64,000 bases of DNA from Acidimicrobiaceae bacterium (lineage in GTDB: Bacteria; Actinomycetota; Acidimicrobiia; Acidimicrobiales; Ilumatobacteraceae). Below, piece by piece: positions 17,190-27,437 of this stretch. Under the pieces are notes generated by a model that saw only the letters and a program-made list of their open reading frames with translations, ran no database searches and was not told the origin of the DNA. Numbering within the stretch: position 1 is the first letter of the stretch; each line of letters opens with the position of its first letter. A program made the translations under genes and the position numbers. The stretch lies in NCBI GenBank assembly GCA_016722025.1, contig JADKGZ010000018.1, forward strand, positions 3,437 through 67,436, in the 5' to 3' direction.

Positions 17190-18599
17190 ATGGCACCGGC
17201 ACAGTCGACTGCGGCAACCCTCACCTCCTACGGCGGCGTCGACACCGTCACCGGGAGTCGTCACCTCATCCAGGTCGGAAGCTCTGCGATCCTGCTCGAT
17301 TGCGGGCTGTTCCAGGGGCTGAAGGAGCTGCGCGAGCGGAACTGGGCACCGTTCCCCTTCGATGCGGCCTCGCTCGACGCGGTCGTCATCACGCATGCGC
17401 ACCTCGACCACTGCGGCTACCTGCCGCGGCTGATGCGGCAAGGCTTCAATGGCCCGGTCTACGTCAGCTACGACACCGGCAAGCTGATGTCGGTGGTGCT
17501 TCCCGACAGCGGTCGCCTGCTGGAGGAGGAAGCCGGCTACGCCAACAAGCGGGGCTACTCGCGGCACAGCCCCGCGCTGGCGCTGTACACCGAGGACGAC
17601 GCCTGGGCGGCGATCGAACTGCTGCACGCGCAACCGTTCGATCAGCGGTTCAGTGTGGCGCCCGACATCGAGGCGGCGTTCCAGCCCGCTGGGCACATCC
17701 TCGGCTCGGCCGTCATGCGCCTGCGGTTGGGCGATGCAACGATGGTGAGCAGCGGCGATCTCGGCCGCAACCACCACCCGTTCCTGCGGGCGCCGGCGCG
17801 CATCGGTGACGCCGATTGGGTGATGATCGAGTCGACGTACGGAGATCGCAAGCACGACAGCGAAGAGGCCGTCACCGAGCTCGCCGACGTGATCACCCGC
17901 ACCGCTGATCGCGGGGGTGTCGTCGTCATTCCGGCCTTTGCGGTCGACCGCACCGAGGTGCTGCTGTTCCACCTCCACCAGCTCGCGAAAGCGGGTCGGC
18001 TGCCGAACATCCCCATCTTCGTCGACAGCCCGATGGCGCTCGCCGGCCTCACCATCTACCGGGCTGCCCTGGCCGAAGCGGCGATCGACGTGAGCAGCGA
18101 CTTCCGCGGCCATCCCGACATCCTCGATCTCCCCAACCTGGAGGAGGTGCGCGACACGGAGGGTTCGAAGGCACTCGCTCACCGCAAGGGTGCGGCGGTC
18201 ATCATCGCCGGCGCCGGCATGGCCAGCGGCGGCCGTGTGGTGCATCACCTCGCCCGTCTGTTGCCCGACCCGCGCAACTCGGTCGTGCTCGTGGGCTTCC
18301 AGGCCGCGGGCACGCGTGGCCGGCAACTGCTGGAGGGTGCCCCGAGCGTGAAGATCCACGGGCAGTACGTGCGAGTGCGCGCCGAGGTGTGCGACCTCAC
18401 CGGCTTCTCCGTACACGCCGATGCCGACGAGCTGATCGGGTGGCTCGGCACGGCGACGCGAGAGCCGCAGGGCGTCTTCGTGGTGCACGGCGAGCGCGAT
18501 GCCTCTGCGGCACTGGCCGGCCGCATCGAGCGCGAGCTCGACTGGACGGCCGTCGAGCCTCGCCTGGGCGAGCGGCTGAGCCTGTCCGTGAGACGATGA
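17190..18599 (+). CDS. MBL-fold beta-CASP family hydrolase (RNA-metabolising type)
   Basis: HAHLDHCG motif, beta-CASP module and C-terminal HGE motif (VVHGE). Confidence 0.85.
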   Translation: MAPAQSTAATLTSYGGVDTVTGSRHLIQVGSSAILLDCGLFQGLKELRERNWAPFPFDAASLDAVVITHAHLDHCGYLPRLMRQGFNGPVYVSYDTGKLMSVVLPDSGRLLEEEAGYANKRGYSRHSPALALYTEDDAWAAIELLHAQPFDQRFSVAPDIEAAFQPAGHILGSAVMRLRLGDATMVSSGDLGRNHHPFLRAPARIGDADWVMIESTYGDRKHDSEEAVTELADVITRTADRGGVVVIPAFAVDRTEVLLFHLHQLAKAGRLPNIPIFVDSPMALAGLTIYRAALAEAAIDVSSDFRGHPDILDLPNLEEVRDTEGSKALAHRKGAAVIIAGAGMASGGRVVHHLARLLPDPRNSVVLVGFQAAGTRGRQLLEGAPSVKIHGQYVRVRAEVCDLTGFSVHADADELIGWLGTATREPQGVFVVHGERDASAALAGRIERELDWTAVEPRLGERLSLSVRR

Positions 18600-18623
18600 G
18601 CCCGGCGGTGCGGAGGTGACGCC

Positions 18624-19475
18624 TCAGCGAGTGGGTGCGGTGCCGGCCACCGTGGTGCGGTGCAGCTCGCGACGAACGCCGCGATAGTCGTTGAGCGCGT
18701 TGTGCTGCGTGCTGCGGTTGTCCCAGATGGCAAGAGTGTCGGGCGTCCAGCGGAAGCGGCAGGTGAACGCGTCGCGAGTGCTGTGCGCGTACAGGTGCTG
18801 CAGCAGCGGAGCGCTGTCGGCGGCCGACCAGCCATCGAAGCGCACGCTGTACGTCGGGTTGACGAAGAGCACCTTGGCTCCGCTCTCGGGGTGAGTGGGC
18901 ACGGCCGGGTGCGCATGCTCGCTGAGCGCATCGTCGGTGGTGTTGATCTGCATCGAACGCCCCTTGGCGCTACGCGCGAGCACACCGTCGGCGCTGTATG
19001 CCCAGCCGGCGCTGTGCACCACATCGAGCCCGTCGAGGGTGGCGCGCAAGCCGTCGCTCAGGGTCTCGTAGGCGAGCTGCTGGTTGCTCCACATCGTGTC
19101 GCCACCGAACGTGGGCACATCGACCGACCAGAGCAGCGTGAAGGCGGGTGGTGCGGGTTGGAAGCTCCAGTCGCTGTGCCACGCGCCCCCGAAGTTGAAG
19201 CCGCCCTCGTGTGCCTCGCGCACCACCTTCACCACGCCCGGATGATCGGGCATGGCCTCGAGGAACGGTGTGTGACCGTGGCCGCCGAGCTGTTCGGTGA
19301 GGCGTTCGAGGTGCTGGGTGGCGTAGTGCTGATCGCGGAGGAACACGACCTTGTGCTCGACGACAGCGGCTCGCAACGCATCCAGCTCGCCGTCGCCGAG
19401 GCGCCGAGTGAGGTCGAGACCGGTGAGCTCGGCGCCGAGGGCCCCGGCAATGCGATCGATGGTGAGTGCGCTCAT
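18624..19475 (-). CDS. TauD/TfdA family Fe(II)/2-oxoglutarate dioxygenase
   Basis: WHSDWSF (H-x-D) facial triad region, distal His in ...EHAHPAV, and WDNRSTQH. Confidence 0.85.
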   Translation of the reverse strand: MSALTIDRIAGALGAELTGLDLTRRLGDGELDALRAAVVEHKVVFLRDQHYATQHLERLTEQLGGHGHTPFLEAMPDHPGVVKVVREAHEGGFNFGGAWHSDWSFQPAPPAFTLLWSVDVPTFGGDTMWSNQQLAYETLSDGLRATLDGLDVVHSAGWAYSADGVLARSAKGRSMQINTTDDALSEHAHPAVPTHPESGAKVLFVNPTYSVRFDGWSAADSAPLLQHLYAHSTRDAFTCRFRWTPDTLAIWDNRSTQHNALNDYRGVRRELHRTTVAGTAPTR

Positions 19476-20094
19476 GAGGGCGAGTCTGGCATGCCGCGCG
19501 GTGGCGCATTGCATCGGCGACATCCTGTTGGGCCGCCGTGCCACCGGTGAGAGCGTCGATCACGCCCTGCCGATCCGGTTCATTCCGGTTTTGGCTGAGT
19601 TTGGCCTTGCCCTCGATGCGGAGATCGGTGAGCTCGATGCCGACCACGCCGCGGATCATCGCCGAGATGTACTCGCTCGGTGCGTCTGCGATCCGCCATG
19701 GAACTGCGCTGGGGCGTTCGAACCACTCGGTCTGCAGTTCGAGCACGGCGCGCTTCCACTCCGGGTCGTCGTGTCCGACGAGCGTGCCGTGCACGTGCAC
19801 CGTCTCGTAGTTCCACGTCGGCACCGCCTTGCCGTGCTCGCGCTTGCTCGGGTACCAGTTGGGGCTGACGTAGGCCTGCGCCCCGGTGAAGATCGCCAAC
19901 GCGGCACCTTCGTGTCGCCACAACGAGTTGGGGCGTGCAAGATGGCCGACGAGCGAGTCGCCGCGCCACAGCAGTGGCACTGGTGTGGCCAGCAGACCAT
20001 CGGCGCACGAAACCACCAACTGGGCGAGCGGATGGTCGGCGATGAGCCCGGTGGCCGCCTGGGCATCGGCAAGAAACGCAGGCGGTTGGTACAC
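19476..20094 (-). CDS. paiB: FMN-binding negative transcriptional regulator, PaiB family (conserved part; the ORF has no stop until 18970)
   Basis: MYQPPAF...YVSPNWYPSK...VPTWNYETVH...GKAKLSQNR is the PaiB pattern. Homology ends around residue 205, but the frame stays open through the tauD-like gene. Confidence 0.75.
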
Positions 20095-20101
20095 AGAAGG
20101 C

Positions 20102-22642
20102 TCAGCCGAGCAGTGCCGCCGAGAGGCGGACAGCTTCCCGCTCGCGCAGTGCGGCGTTCACCCGTTGACGTTCGAGCACCTGCTCCAGCGTCTTCGCGCC
20201 CTGAGGGATGGGGTGTTCGCTGAAGAAGCTCTGCACGTCGGCCACCACTGCGGGCGCGGTGAGCAGCTTCACCGGGTCGATCATGCGCACGATCGTGCTA
20301 CCGGGGAACTTCTCGTTGGCGGTATCCCACTGCTTGCGCACCGACTGCCATGCAGCCGCGCCGTGGTGGCGGTTGGCGATGCAGCGGTTGAGCAGGAACG
20401 GCGCGTTCTGCGTGCGCACCTCGCCGGAGAAGGCCAGCTGCACCGATCGTTCGATCTGCGCGGCTTCGGGGAACTCGGCCAACGCGTACAGGTAGCGCAG
20501 CTGCTCTTGCGGTGTGCCGGCTGTGCGGAACTTGGTGAGGAACTCGTCGTAGTCGGCGTCGGTGCCGTGTGCTGCCACCGCGTTGGTGGCAGCGGCGATC
20601 AGCTCGGGATCGGCGTTGCCCTCGGCGACGATGGTGCGACAACGAGCCTGGGTCTCGGCGTCGTTGCCCAGCACCGCCAACGTGCCCGTCAGCAGGCCAC
20701 GCAGCTTCGCCACCAGGTCGCCCTCGCCCTCGACCGGGGCCGAGCCGAGGTCTGCCACCGCCGGGCCCACCAGCGCTGCGACTCGGCGTTGGAGCGCCGT
20801 GAATGCGTCGCCCTCGACCAAGCGGCCGACGCCACGCAGACCGATCGCGATGGCCTGCCACACGGCCAACTCGCGGTTGCCGGCGAAAACCTCGACGAAC
20901 GACAGGAAGTCGTCGGCGGCCAGCCTGCCGGCGACCACTTCGTTCCACGCATCGTCGACGAGGTTGTACCGATCGACGATGGTGAGGGTGTCGAGCTCGG
21001 TCACCAACCGGCTGCGCAGGGCGGTGTCGTAGGAGACCCGCATGTAGCCGTGACCGCCGAAGTTGACGACGGCGCTGCTGGTGGCGGTGGGGAGCTGCAC
21101 GCGCAGATCGAAGCCGTCGAGCAGCACCTTCGAGGCGACCCCGTCGATGCGGAGGTGCACCGGCACCACGAAGAGGGTGGCATCAGCGGTCTCGCCGTAG
21201 GCGAAGCGCTGCTGGCTGAGCACCAGGTCGCCACCGTCTTGCCGAGCCGACACGAGTGGGTAGCCCGCCTGCCAGATCCAGCTGTCCATCAGCTGGCGCA
21301 CGGGTGTGCCGTCGTTGGCTTCCTCGATGGCGTCCCACAGGTCGCTCGTCTCGGTGTTGGAGTACTCGTGCTTGGACAGGTAGTGGCTGACCCCGAGCTG
21401 GAAGCGCTCAGGGGTGAGGTACTGCTCGAGCATTCGCAGCAGCGAGCCGCCCTTCTGGTACGTGAGCACGTCGAACATGCCGTCGCAGTCGGCAGGCGCC
21501 TCCACCGGGTACTCCACCGTGCGGGTGCTGGCCAGCGAGTCGACCTCGAAAGCGGCGCTGCGTTCGAGACTGAAGGTGGTCCAGCGCAACCAGTCGGGCC
21601 GGTACGCGTCGCAGCAGGCGATCTCCATGAAGGTGGCGAAGGCCTCGTTGAGCCAGATGCCGTTCCACCACTTCATCGTCACCAGGTCGCCGAACCACAT
21701 GTGCGCGAGCTCGTGGGCGATCACGTCGGCGAGGTTCTGCAGCTCGAACTGCGTCGACGTCGCTGGGTCGGCCAGCAGCAGGCTCTCGCGATAGGTGATG
21801 CAGCCCAGGTTCTCCATCGCACCGGCGGCGAAGTCGGGCAGGGCCAGCATGTCGCACTTGTCGGTGGGGTAGGGGATGCCGTAGTAGCGCTGGTACCAGG
21901 TGAGCGAGTGTGCCCCAACGTCGAGGCCGAACGCGGTGAGGTGGCCCTTGCCGGGCACGTGGATGATGCGCAGCGGGATGTAGTCGCCGTCGGCGCCGGC
22001 CCGCGGCACCAGCACCGGCTCGGTGGCCTCCAGCCGGCCGACCACGAAGGCAACCAGGTACGTGCTCATCGGCATCGTCTCGCCGAAGCGCACGGCGACC
22101 TTGCCGGTGTCGGTGCCGCTGCCGTCGTCGAACACCGTGCGTTCGATCTCGGGGCCGTTGCTCACTGCCATCAACTGCGGCTCGACGATGAGCGTGACGT
22201 CGAACACCGCTTTGAAGTCGGGCTCGTCGAAGCACGGGAAGGCTCGTCGGCAGTCGGTTGCCTGCATCTGCGAGGCGGCGATGACGTGCTGGGTGCCGTC
22301 GGCGTCGGTGTAGGTGCTGCGGTACCAGCCGCACAGCTTGTCGTTGAGCGTGCCCGTGAAGGTGATCTCGATGGAGGTGGTGCCGGCCGCCTGTGAGCTG
22401 TCGATCACCAACCGTTCGGTAGCGGGGTGCAGCGCGAACTCGGCGTCCTGGCCGCCTACCTTCACGTCGCTGATCTCCAACTCCTTGGCGTTGATCACGA
22501 TCTGCGACACGGGCTCGTTGACGTTGACATCGATGATCACGTGGCCGACGAACGTGGCGGCACCGAGATCCGGTTGCAGCGCCAGCGTACCGGTGAGGCA
22601 CAACGGCACGAGGAAGTCGATAGGGGCTGTCGGTGTGGGCAC
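20102..22642 (-). CDS. pepN: aminopeptidase N (M1 family)
   Basis: GAMEN exopeptidase motif and HELAHMWFGD...WLNEAFA zinc motif. Confidence 0.9.
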   Translation of the reverse strand: MPTPTAPIDFLVPLCLTGTLALQPDLGAATFVGHVIIDVNVNEPVSQIVINAKELEISDVKVGGQDAEFALHPATERLVIDSSQAAGTTSIEITFTGTLNDKLCGWYRSTYTDADGTQHVIAASQMQATDCRRAFPCFDEPDFKAVFDVTLIVEPQLMAVSNGPEIERTVFDDGSGTDTGKVAVRFGETMPMSTYLVAFVVGRLEATEPVLVPRAGADGDYIPLRIIHVPGKGHLTAFGLDVGAHSLTWYQRYYGIPYPTDKCDMLALPDFAAGAMENLGCITYRESLLLADPATSTQFELQNLADVIAHELAHMWFGDLVTMKWWNGIWLNEAFATFMEIACCDAYRPDWLRWTTFSLERSAAFEVDSLASTRTVEYPVEAPADCDGMFDVLTYQKGGSLLRMLEQYLTPERFQLGVSHYLSKHEYSNTETSDLWDAIEEANDGTPVRQLMDSWIWQAGYPLVSARQDGGDLVLSQQRFAYGETADATLFVVPVHLRIDGVASKVLLDGFDLRVQLPTATSSAVVNFGGHGYMRVSYDTALRSRLVTELDTLTIVDRYNLVDDAWNEVVAGRLAADDFLSFVEVFAGNRELAVWQAIAIGLRGVGRLVEGDAFTALQRRVAALVGPAVADLGSAPVEGEGDLVAKLRGLLTGTLAVLGNDAETQARCRTIVAEGNADPELIAAATNAVAAHGTDADYDEFLTKFRTAGTPQEQLRYLYALAEFPEAAQIERSVQLAFSGEVRTQNAPFLLNRCIANRHHGAAAWQSVRKQWDTANEKFPGSTIVRMIDPVKLLTAPAVVADVQSFFSEHPIPQGAKTLEQVLERQRVNAALREREAVRLSAALLG

Positions 22643-22721
22643 GGGTCACGTCGGCCAGGCTACCGGTGAGAGGTTCCTGGGTCGGGTCGTGAATCGGTCG
22701 TAGCGGGTAGCGTTAGCGCCC

Positions 22722-23720
22722 GTGTCAGCGACCCCTGTCTACGACGACGCCCGATACGACGTGGTCGGCGTGGGCAATGCGCTCGTCGACGTCATCAGCC
22801 ACGCCGACGACGGGTTCATCGCCACTCACGAACTGGTGAAGGGTTCGATGACGCTGGTCGACACCGACCGGGCGCTCTACCTGTATCGGGCGCTGGGCAC
22901 GGCGGTGGAGATGAGCGGCGGGTCGGCGGCCAACACGATGACGGGTGTTGCATCGTTCGGTGGTACGGCTGCCTACATCGGCAAGGTCAGCAGCGATTCG
23001 CTCGGCGACGTGTTCGGCCACGACCTGCGAGCCGTCGGCGTTCAGTTCCGTCCTGGGCGCCCCGACGGCGACACTCCCACCGGACGGTGCATCATCGTGG
23101 TCACGCCCGATGCCGAACGCACGATGAACACGTACCTCGGGGTGTCGTCGTTGCTGTGCCCGGCCGACATCGACGAGGCGACGGTGGCCGCCGGCAAGGT
23201 GCTGTACATGGAGGGCTACCTGTACGACCGCCCGGAGGCCAAGGAGGCCTTCCGCCACGCAGCTGCAGTGGCTCACGCACACGGCCGCCAGGTGTCGCTG
23301 ACGCTCAGCGACTCCTTCTGCGTGGATCGGCATCGCGCCGACTTCCGCTCGCTGGTCACCGACGAGGTCGACATCCTGTTCGGCAACCACGACGAACTGC
23401 TGTCGTTGTACGAGGTGGGTTCGTTCGATGAAGCCGTTGCCGCCGTGCAGCGCGATTGTCACCTCGCGGTCGTCACGGTCGGCGCCCGAGGTTGCTACAT
23501 CATCACCCGCGACGCCGTGCTCACCGCGCCCGCCGAGCCGGTGGCGCAGGTGCTCGACACCACCGGCGCCGGCGACCTGTTCGCCGCCGGCTTCCTGTTC
23601 GGCTACACGCGTGGGTACCCGTTGGTGCACTGCGCGAAGCTGGGCTCCATCGCCGCGGCCGAGGTGATCTCCCACGTCGGCCCCCGACCACTCCTCGAAC
23701 TGAGAACGCTGCTCCCATGA
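22722..23720 (+). CDS. PfkB-family kinase, probable adenosine kinase
   Basis: GVGNALVD N-terminal motif and TTGAGDLFAAGFL C-terminal PfkB signature. Sits in a nucleoside-salvage context. Confidence 0.8.
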   Translation: MSATPVYDDARYDVVGVGNALVDVISHADDGFIATHELVKGSMTLVDTDRALYLYRALGTAVEMSGGSAANTMTGVASFGGTAAYIGKVSSDSLGDVFGHDLRAVGVQFRPGRPDGDTPTGRCIIVVTPDAERTMNTYLGVSSLLCPADIDEATVAAGKVLYMEGYLYDRPEAKEAFRHAAAVAHAHGRQVSLTLSDSFCVDRHRADFRSLVTDEVDILFGNHDELLSLYEVGSFDEAVAAVQRDCHLAVVTVGARGCYIITRDAVLTAPAEPVAQVLDTTGAGDLFAAGFLFGYTRGYPLVHCAKLGSIAAAEVISHVGPRPLLELRTLLP

Positions 23721-25330
23721 CTGAGATGTCCGCTCTTCGCGAAACTGCCGAAGCCTGGCTTGCCGCCGAGCCCGATGCCGACATGCGCGAGGAGCTCGGT
23801 GCCCTCCTGCACGGTTCCGAGCAGGAGCTGCGCGATCGCTTCACCGGCCGCCTGCAGTTCGGCACCGCCGGCCTGCGGGCCGCGGTCGGTGTCGGCCCGC
23901 AGCGGATGAACCGCCTGGTGGTGCAGCAAGCAGCGGCCGGCCTGGTGGAGTACCTCCTCGCTCACGTGCCCGACGTCGCCGACGCCGGTGTGCTCATCGG
24001 CTACGACATGCGCCGCAAGAGCGATGCGTTCGCGCTCGACACGGCTCGGGTGTGCGCGGCCCGTGGCGTCAAGGCGCTGCTGTTCGACCAGATCGTGCCC
24101 ACGCCGGTGCTGGCGTGGAACATCACTGCGCTCGGTGCCGCTGCCGGCGTGATGGTGACCGCCTCGCACAACCCGCCGGCCGACAACGGGTACAAGGTCT
24201 ATCTGGCCACCGGCGCTCAGATCGTGCCTCCCGCCGACACCGACATCTCCGCGTGCATCGACGATGTCGACCCCACCTCGGTCGAGCTGGCTTCGCCCGA
24301 CCACCCGCTCATCCAGTACGTCGGCGCCGAGGAGATCGAGGCGTACCTGGCCGCGGTGCCGGCGGTGCGGCTGCTGCCGAACCTGCCCGGCGTGGCATCT
24401 GCCTACACCGCGCTGCACGGCGTGGGCGGCGCCACCCTGCTGGCAGCGTTCGAGCGCGCGGGCCTGCCGACGCCGTCGGTGGTTGCCGTGCAACAGCAGC
24501 CCGACGGCACTTTCCCCACGGTCTCGTTCCCCAACCCGGAAGAGCCCGGCGCGATGGATCTGCTGATGGCGCAGGCGGCCCAGTCCGGTGCGCTCATCGC
24601 GCTGGCCAACGACCCCGACGCCGACCGCATGGCCGCTGCCATTCCCACCCCTGCCAGCCTCACGTCACCGGGTGGTTGGCGGCGCCTCGGCGGCGACGAG
24701 ATCGGGTGGCTGCTGGCCGATCACATCCTGGCGCACACCTCCGGCGACGACCGGTTGGTCATCACCACCCTCGTCTCGTCGTCGCTGCTCGGTCGCATGG
24801 CCGCGGCTCACGGCGTCACCTGCCTCGAGACGTTCACGGGCTTCAAGTGGATCGGGCACACCGTGCTGCAGCACCCGGAACTGCACTTCGTGTTCGGCTA
24901 CGAGCAGGCGCTGGGCTACCTGGTGTGCGGTCAGCCACTCGACAAGGACGGCATCACCGCTGCGGTGCTGATGGCCGAGGTGGCGGCGCTCGCCGCCGCC
25001 GAAGGGGTGACCCTGCAGGATCGGCTGGATGCCATCACCGCCACATACGGTCGCCACGTGATGGCCGAGAAGTCGCTCCGCATGGCCCCTGCCGACGGTG
25101 CCGCAGCAGTTTCCCGGCTCCGCGCGGCGCCGCCGACGGACGTGGGCGGTCACGCGGTCACGGCTGTGGAGTGGTTCGAGGAGGCCGGTCTGCTGCGGCT
25201 GTCGCTGGGCGACTCGCTGCGCCTGCAGGTGCGCCCCAGCGGCACCGAGCCGAAGGTGAAGCTGTACGGCGAAGGCATCGACTGCGAGCCGGCGGAGTTC
25301 ATGGAGGCCCTGGCCGCGTTGTTGGTCTGA
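23717..25330 (+). CDS. phospho-sugar mutase (PGM2/phosphopentomutase-like alpha-D-phosphohexomutase)
   Basis: Active-site TASHNPPADNGYKVY. ATGA overlap with the kinase stop. Confidence 0.85.
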   Translation: MTEMSALRETAEAWLAAEPDADMREELGALLHGSEQELRDRFTGRLQFGTAGLRAAVGVGPQRMNRLVVQQAAAGLVEYLLAHVPDVADAGVLIGYDMRRKSDAFALDTARVCAARGVKALLFDQIVPTPVLAWNITALGAAAGVMVTASHNPPADNGYKVYLATGAQIVPPADTDISACIDDVDPTSVELASPDHPLIQYVGAEEIEAYLAAVPAVRLLPNLPGVASAYTALHGVGGATLLAAFERAGLPTPSVVAVQQQPDGTFPTVSFPNPEEPGAMDLLMAQAAQSGALIALANDPDADRMAAAIPTPASLTSPGGWRRLGGDEIGWLLADHILAHTSGDDRLVITTLVSSSLLGRMAAAHGVTCLETFTGFKWIGHTVLQHPELHFVFGYEQALGYLVCGQPLDKDGITAAVLMAEVAALAAAEGVTLQDRLDAITATYGRHVMAEKSLRMAPADGAAAVSRLRAAPPTDVGGHAVTAVEWFEEAGLLRLSLGDSLRLQVRPSGTEPKVKLYGEGIDCEPAEFMEALAALLV

Positions 25331-25482
25331 CGCCGCTGGGCGGGCCGCACGCTCGGTCTCGCGAACGGCAAGTCTTCGTCAAGTGTCTTCCCTGACTACC
25401 AGCGAGTAACTAAGGTGTCGTCGGTCACACGGGGGTGTGGCGCGACGGCACCAAGGTCGTTCGGCACCAGGGGGAGACGCTC

Positions 25483-26676
25483 ATGCGCAAGGTCGGTATG
25501 GCAGTGGTGTTGCTGGCGACGGGGCTGGTGCTGCCGGCACTGAGCTCGAGCTCGGCACAAGCCGATGGGGCAGGGGTCGGGAGCCCGTGGGTGGTCAGCC
25601 TCGGCGACTCGTACATCTCCGGCGAGGGAGGTCGCTGGGCCGGCAACAGCAACAGCAGCTCCTCCAGCGTCGACGCCGGTGGTGCTGCGGCCTACTTCGA
25701 CAACGCTACGCACACGGCCGAGACCATCAACCGTTGCCACCGCAGCACGGCGGCGGAGATCTACATCGGTGGGGGCGTCAACAGCCTCAACTTGGCGTGC
25801 TCGGGTGCGAAGACGGCAACGTTCACCAGCAGCGACGGCTACTTCAAGCCAGGCATCGACTTCTACAGCAGCGGCGCCAACCAAGGGCAGGCGCTGATGT
25901 TGCAGAACTTCGCCGCCACGCACAACGTGACGATGATCCAGCTCTCCATCGGCGGCAACAACTACGGCTTCGCCGACATCATCCAGCGGTGCGTCACCAA
26001 CTTCCTCACCTCGCCGTCGTGGTGGCCCAACTACTGCAACGACGACAGCGCGGTCACGGCCAACTTCACCACGGCCAACATCACTGCCCAGACCAACGCG
26101 ATCCTCGGCGCGATCAACAACATCAAGACTGCCATGGCCAACGCCGGCTACAGCGCCGGGCAGTACACGATCGTGCAGCAGACCTACCCCTCGCCGGTGC
26201 CCAACGGCTCGGCCTTCCGCTACTCGCAGTCGGGCTTCACCCGCCAGAGCACGGGCGGCTGCGGCTTCTGGAACAACGATGCCAACTGGGCCAACAGCAC
26301 GGCGCTGGTGAAGATCAACAACTCGGTCAAGAGCGCAGCCGCCACGGCAGGCGTGAAGGTGCTCGACCTGGCGGCTGCGTTCAACGGTCGCCGTCTGTGC
26401 GAGAACACGGTGAACCTGATGGAGAAAAGTGGCAAGGCCAACTGGACCGTCGCCGGCGCTGCCGACAGCACCGAGTGGATCGCGCAGATCCGCACGCTCA
26501 GCACTGTGTTCGGCCCGTACTACGTGCAGGAGAGCCTGCACCCGAACTGGTGGGGTGAGAAGGCCATTCGCAACTGCGTGCGCCAGGCGTACAACGCGGG
26601 GGTGCCCAAGGGCGGCGTGTGCAACCGTGGTACCGGCCTCAACGCGAACGGCGAACCGAACATGACGCTCGTCTGA
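25483..26676 (+). CDS. secreted SGNH/GDSL hydrolase (esterase/lipase-like)
   Basis: Signal peptide MRKVGMAVVLLATGLVLPALSSSSAQA. Block I GDSYISGEG and block III GGNNYGF. GGGGAG RBS. Confidence 0.8.
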   Translation: MRKVGMAVVLLATGLVLPALSSSSAQADGAGVGSPWVVSLGDSYISGEGGRWAGNSNSSSSSVDAGGAAAYFDNATHTAETINRCHRSTAAEIYIGGGVNSLNLACSGAKTATFTSSDGYFKPGIDFYSSGANQGQALMLQNFAATHNVTMIQLSIGGNNYGFADIIQRCVTNFLTSPSWWPNYCNDDSAVTANFTTANITAQTNAILGAINNIKTAMANAGYSAGQYTIVQQTYPSPVPNGSAFRYSQSGFTRQSTGGCGFWNNDANWANSTALVKINNSVKSAAATAGVKVLDLAAAFNGRRLCENTVNLMEKSGKANWTVAGAADSTEWIAQIRTLSTVFGPYYVQESLHPNWWGEKAIRNCVRQAYNAGVPKGGVCNRGTGLNANGEPNMTLV

Positions 26677-26703
26677 GCGAGTGTTCGACGGACAGCGGGC
26701 GAC

Positions 26704-26729
26704 CGGCCCGGGGCTACGGCCCCGGGCCG
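26704..26729. terminator. GC-rich hairpin between convergent genes (bidirectional terminator candidate)
   Basis: 11-bp stem cggcccggggc / gccccgggccg with a 4-nt loop. No clear U-tract. Confidence 0.55.
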
Positions 26730-26763
26730 TGACGCGTGGCGGGCGCTGCGCGCCGGCCGTTGC

Positions 26764-27399
26764 TCAGGCAGGGGAGCCGAACTGGCGGTCGCCGGCGTCG
26801 CCGAGGCCGGGCACGATGAAGGCGGTCTCGTTGAGGCGCTCGTCGAGGGAGGCCGTGTAGACGGCGAGGTCGAGGCCGCTCTGGCGCAGCAGTTCGATGC
26901 CCTCGGGGGCGGCCAGCACGCACACGACGATGATGGTGCCGGTGGCGCCGCGCTCCACCAGCAGGTTGCACGTGTGCGCCAGCGAGCCACCGGTGGCCAA
27001 CATCGGGTCGAGCACGATGATCTGCCGGCCGGCCAGGCTCTCCGGCAGCTTGTTCACGTATGGCTTGGGCTGATGGGTCTCCTCGTCGCGCGCCACGCCG
27101 ATGAAGCCGACGTCGGCGTTGGGCAGCAGGTCTTGTGCAGCGTGCAGGAAGCCGAGGCCGGCGCGAAGCACCGGCACCACCACCGGCTGGCTGGTGAGTT
27201 GTCGTCCGAGGGTTTCGGTGAGGGGGGTTTGCACTCGAACCGCGTGCGTGGGCAATCCGCGAGTGGCCTCGGCCATCAGCAGCGTGCCGATGCGCTCCAG
27301 CTCCTGGCGAAACAGCGCGTTCGGCGTGTCCTTGTCGCGCACGCGTGTGAGCGAATCGGCAATCAGCGGGTGGTCGACGACGTGGAGAGCAACAGCCAT
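26764..27399 (-). CDS. upp: uracil phosphoribosyltransferase
   Basis: HPLI...LRDK...T, and the PRPP loop VLDPMLATGGS. Confidence 0.9.
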   Translation of the reverse strand: MAVALHVVDHPLIADSLTRVRDKDTPNALFRQELERIGTLLMAEATRGLPTHAVRVQTPLTETLGRQLTSQPVVVPVLRAGLGFLHAAQDLLPNADVGFIGVARDEETHQPKPYVNKLPESLAGRQIIVLDPMLATGGSLAHTCNLLVERGATGTIIVVCVLAAPEGIELLRQSGLDLAVYTASLDERLNETAFIVPGLGDAGDRQFGSPA

Positions 27400-27437
27400 G
27401 CCACGAGTGTGCCAGATCGGTGCCCCGCCTCGAACTT

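Noticed and set aside
15555-18488. 977-aa minus-strand ORF antisense to the acyl-CoA ligase and beta-CASP genes
   Set aside because: Low-complexity Arg/Gly/His/Asp-rich translation with no family motifs. Both sense-strand genes have clear catalytic signatures.
19886-22396. 836-aa plus-strand ORF antisense to pepN
   Set aside because: Shadow ORF. pepN on the minus strand carries GAMEN and HEXXH-E motifs.
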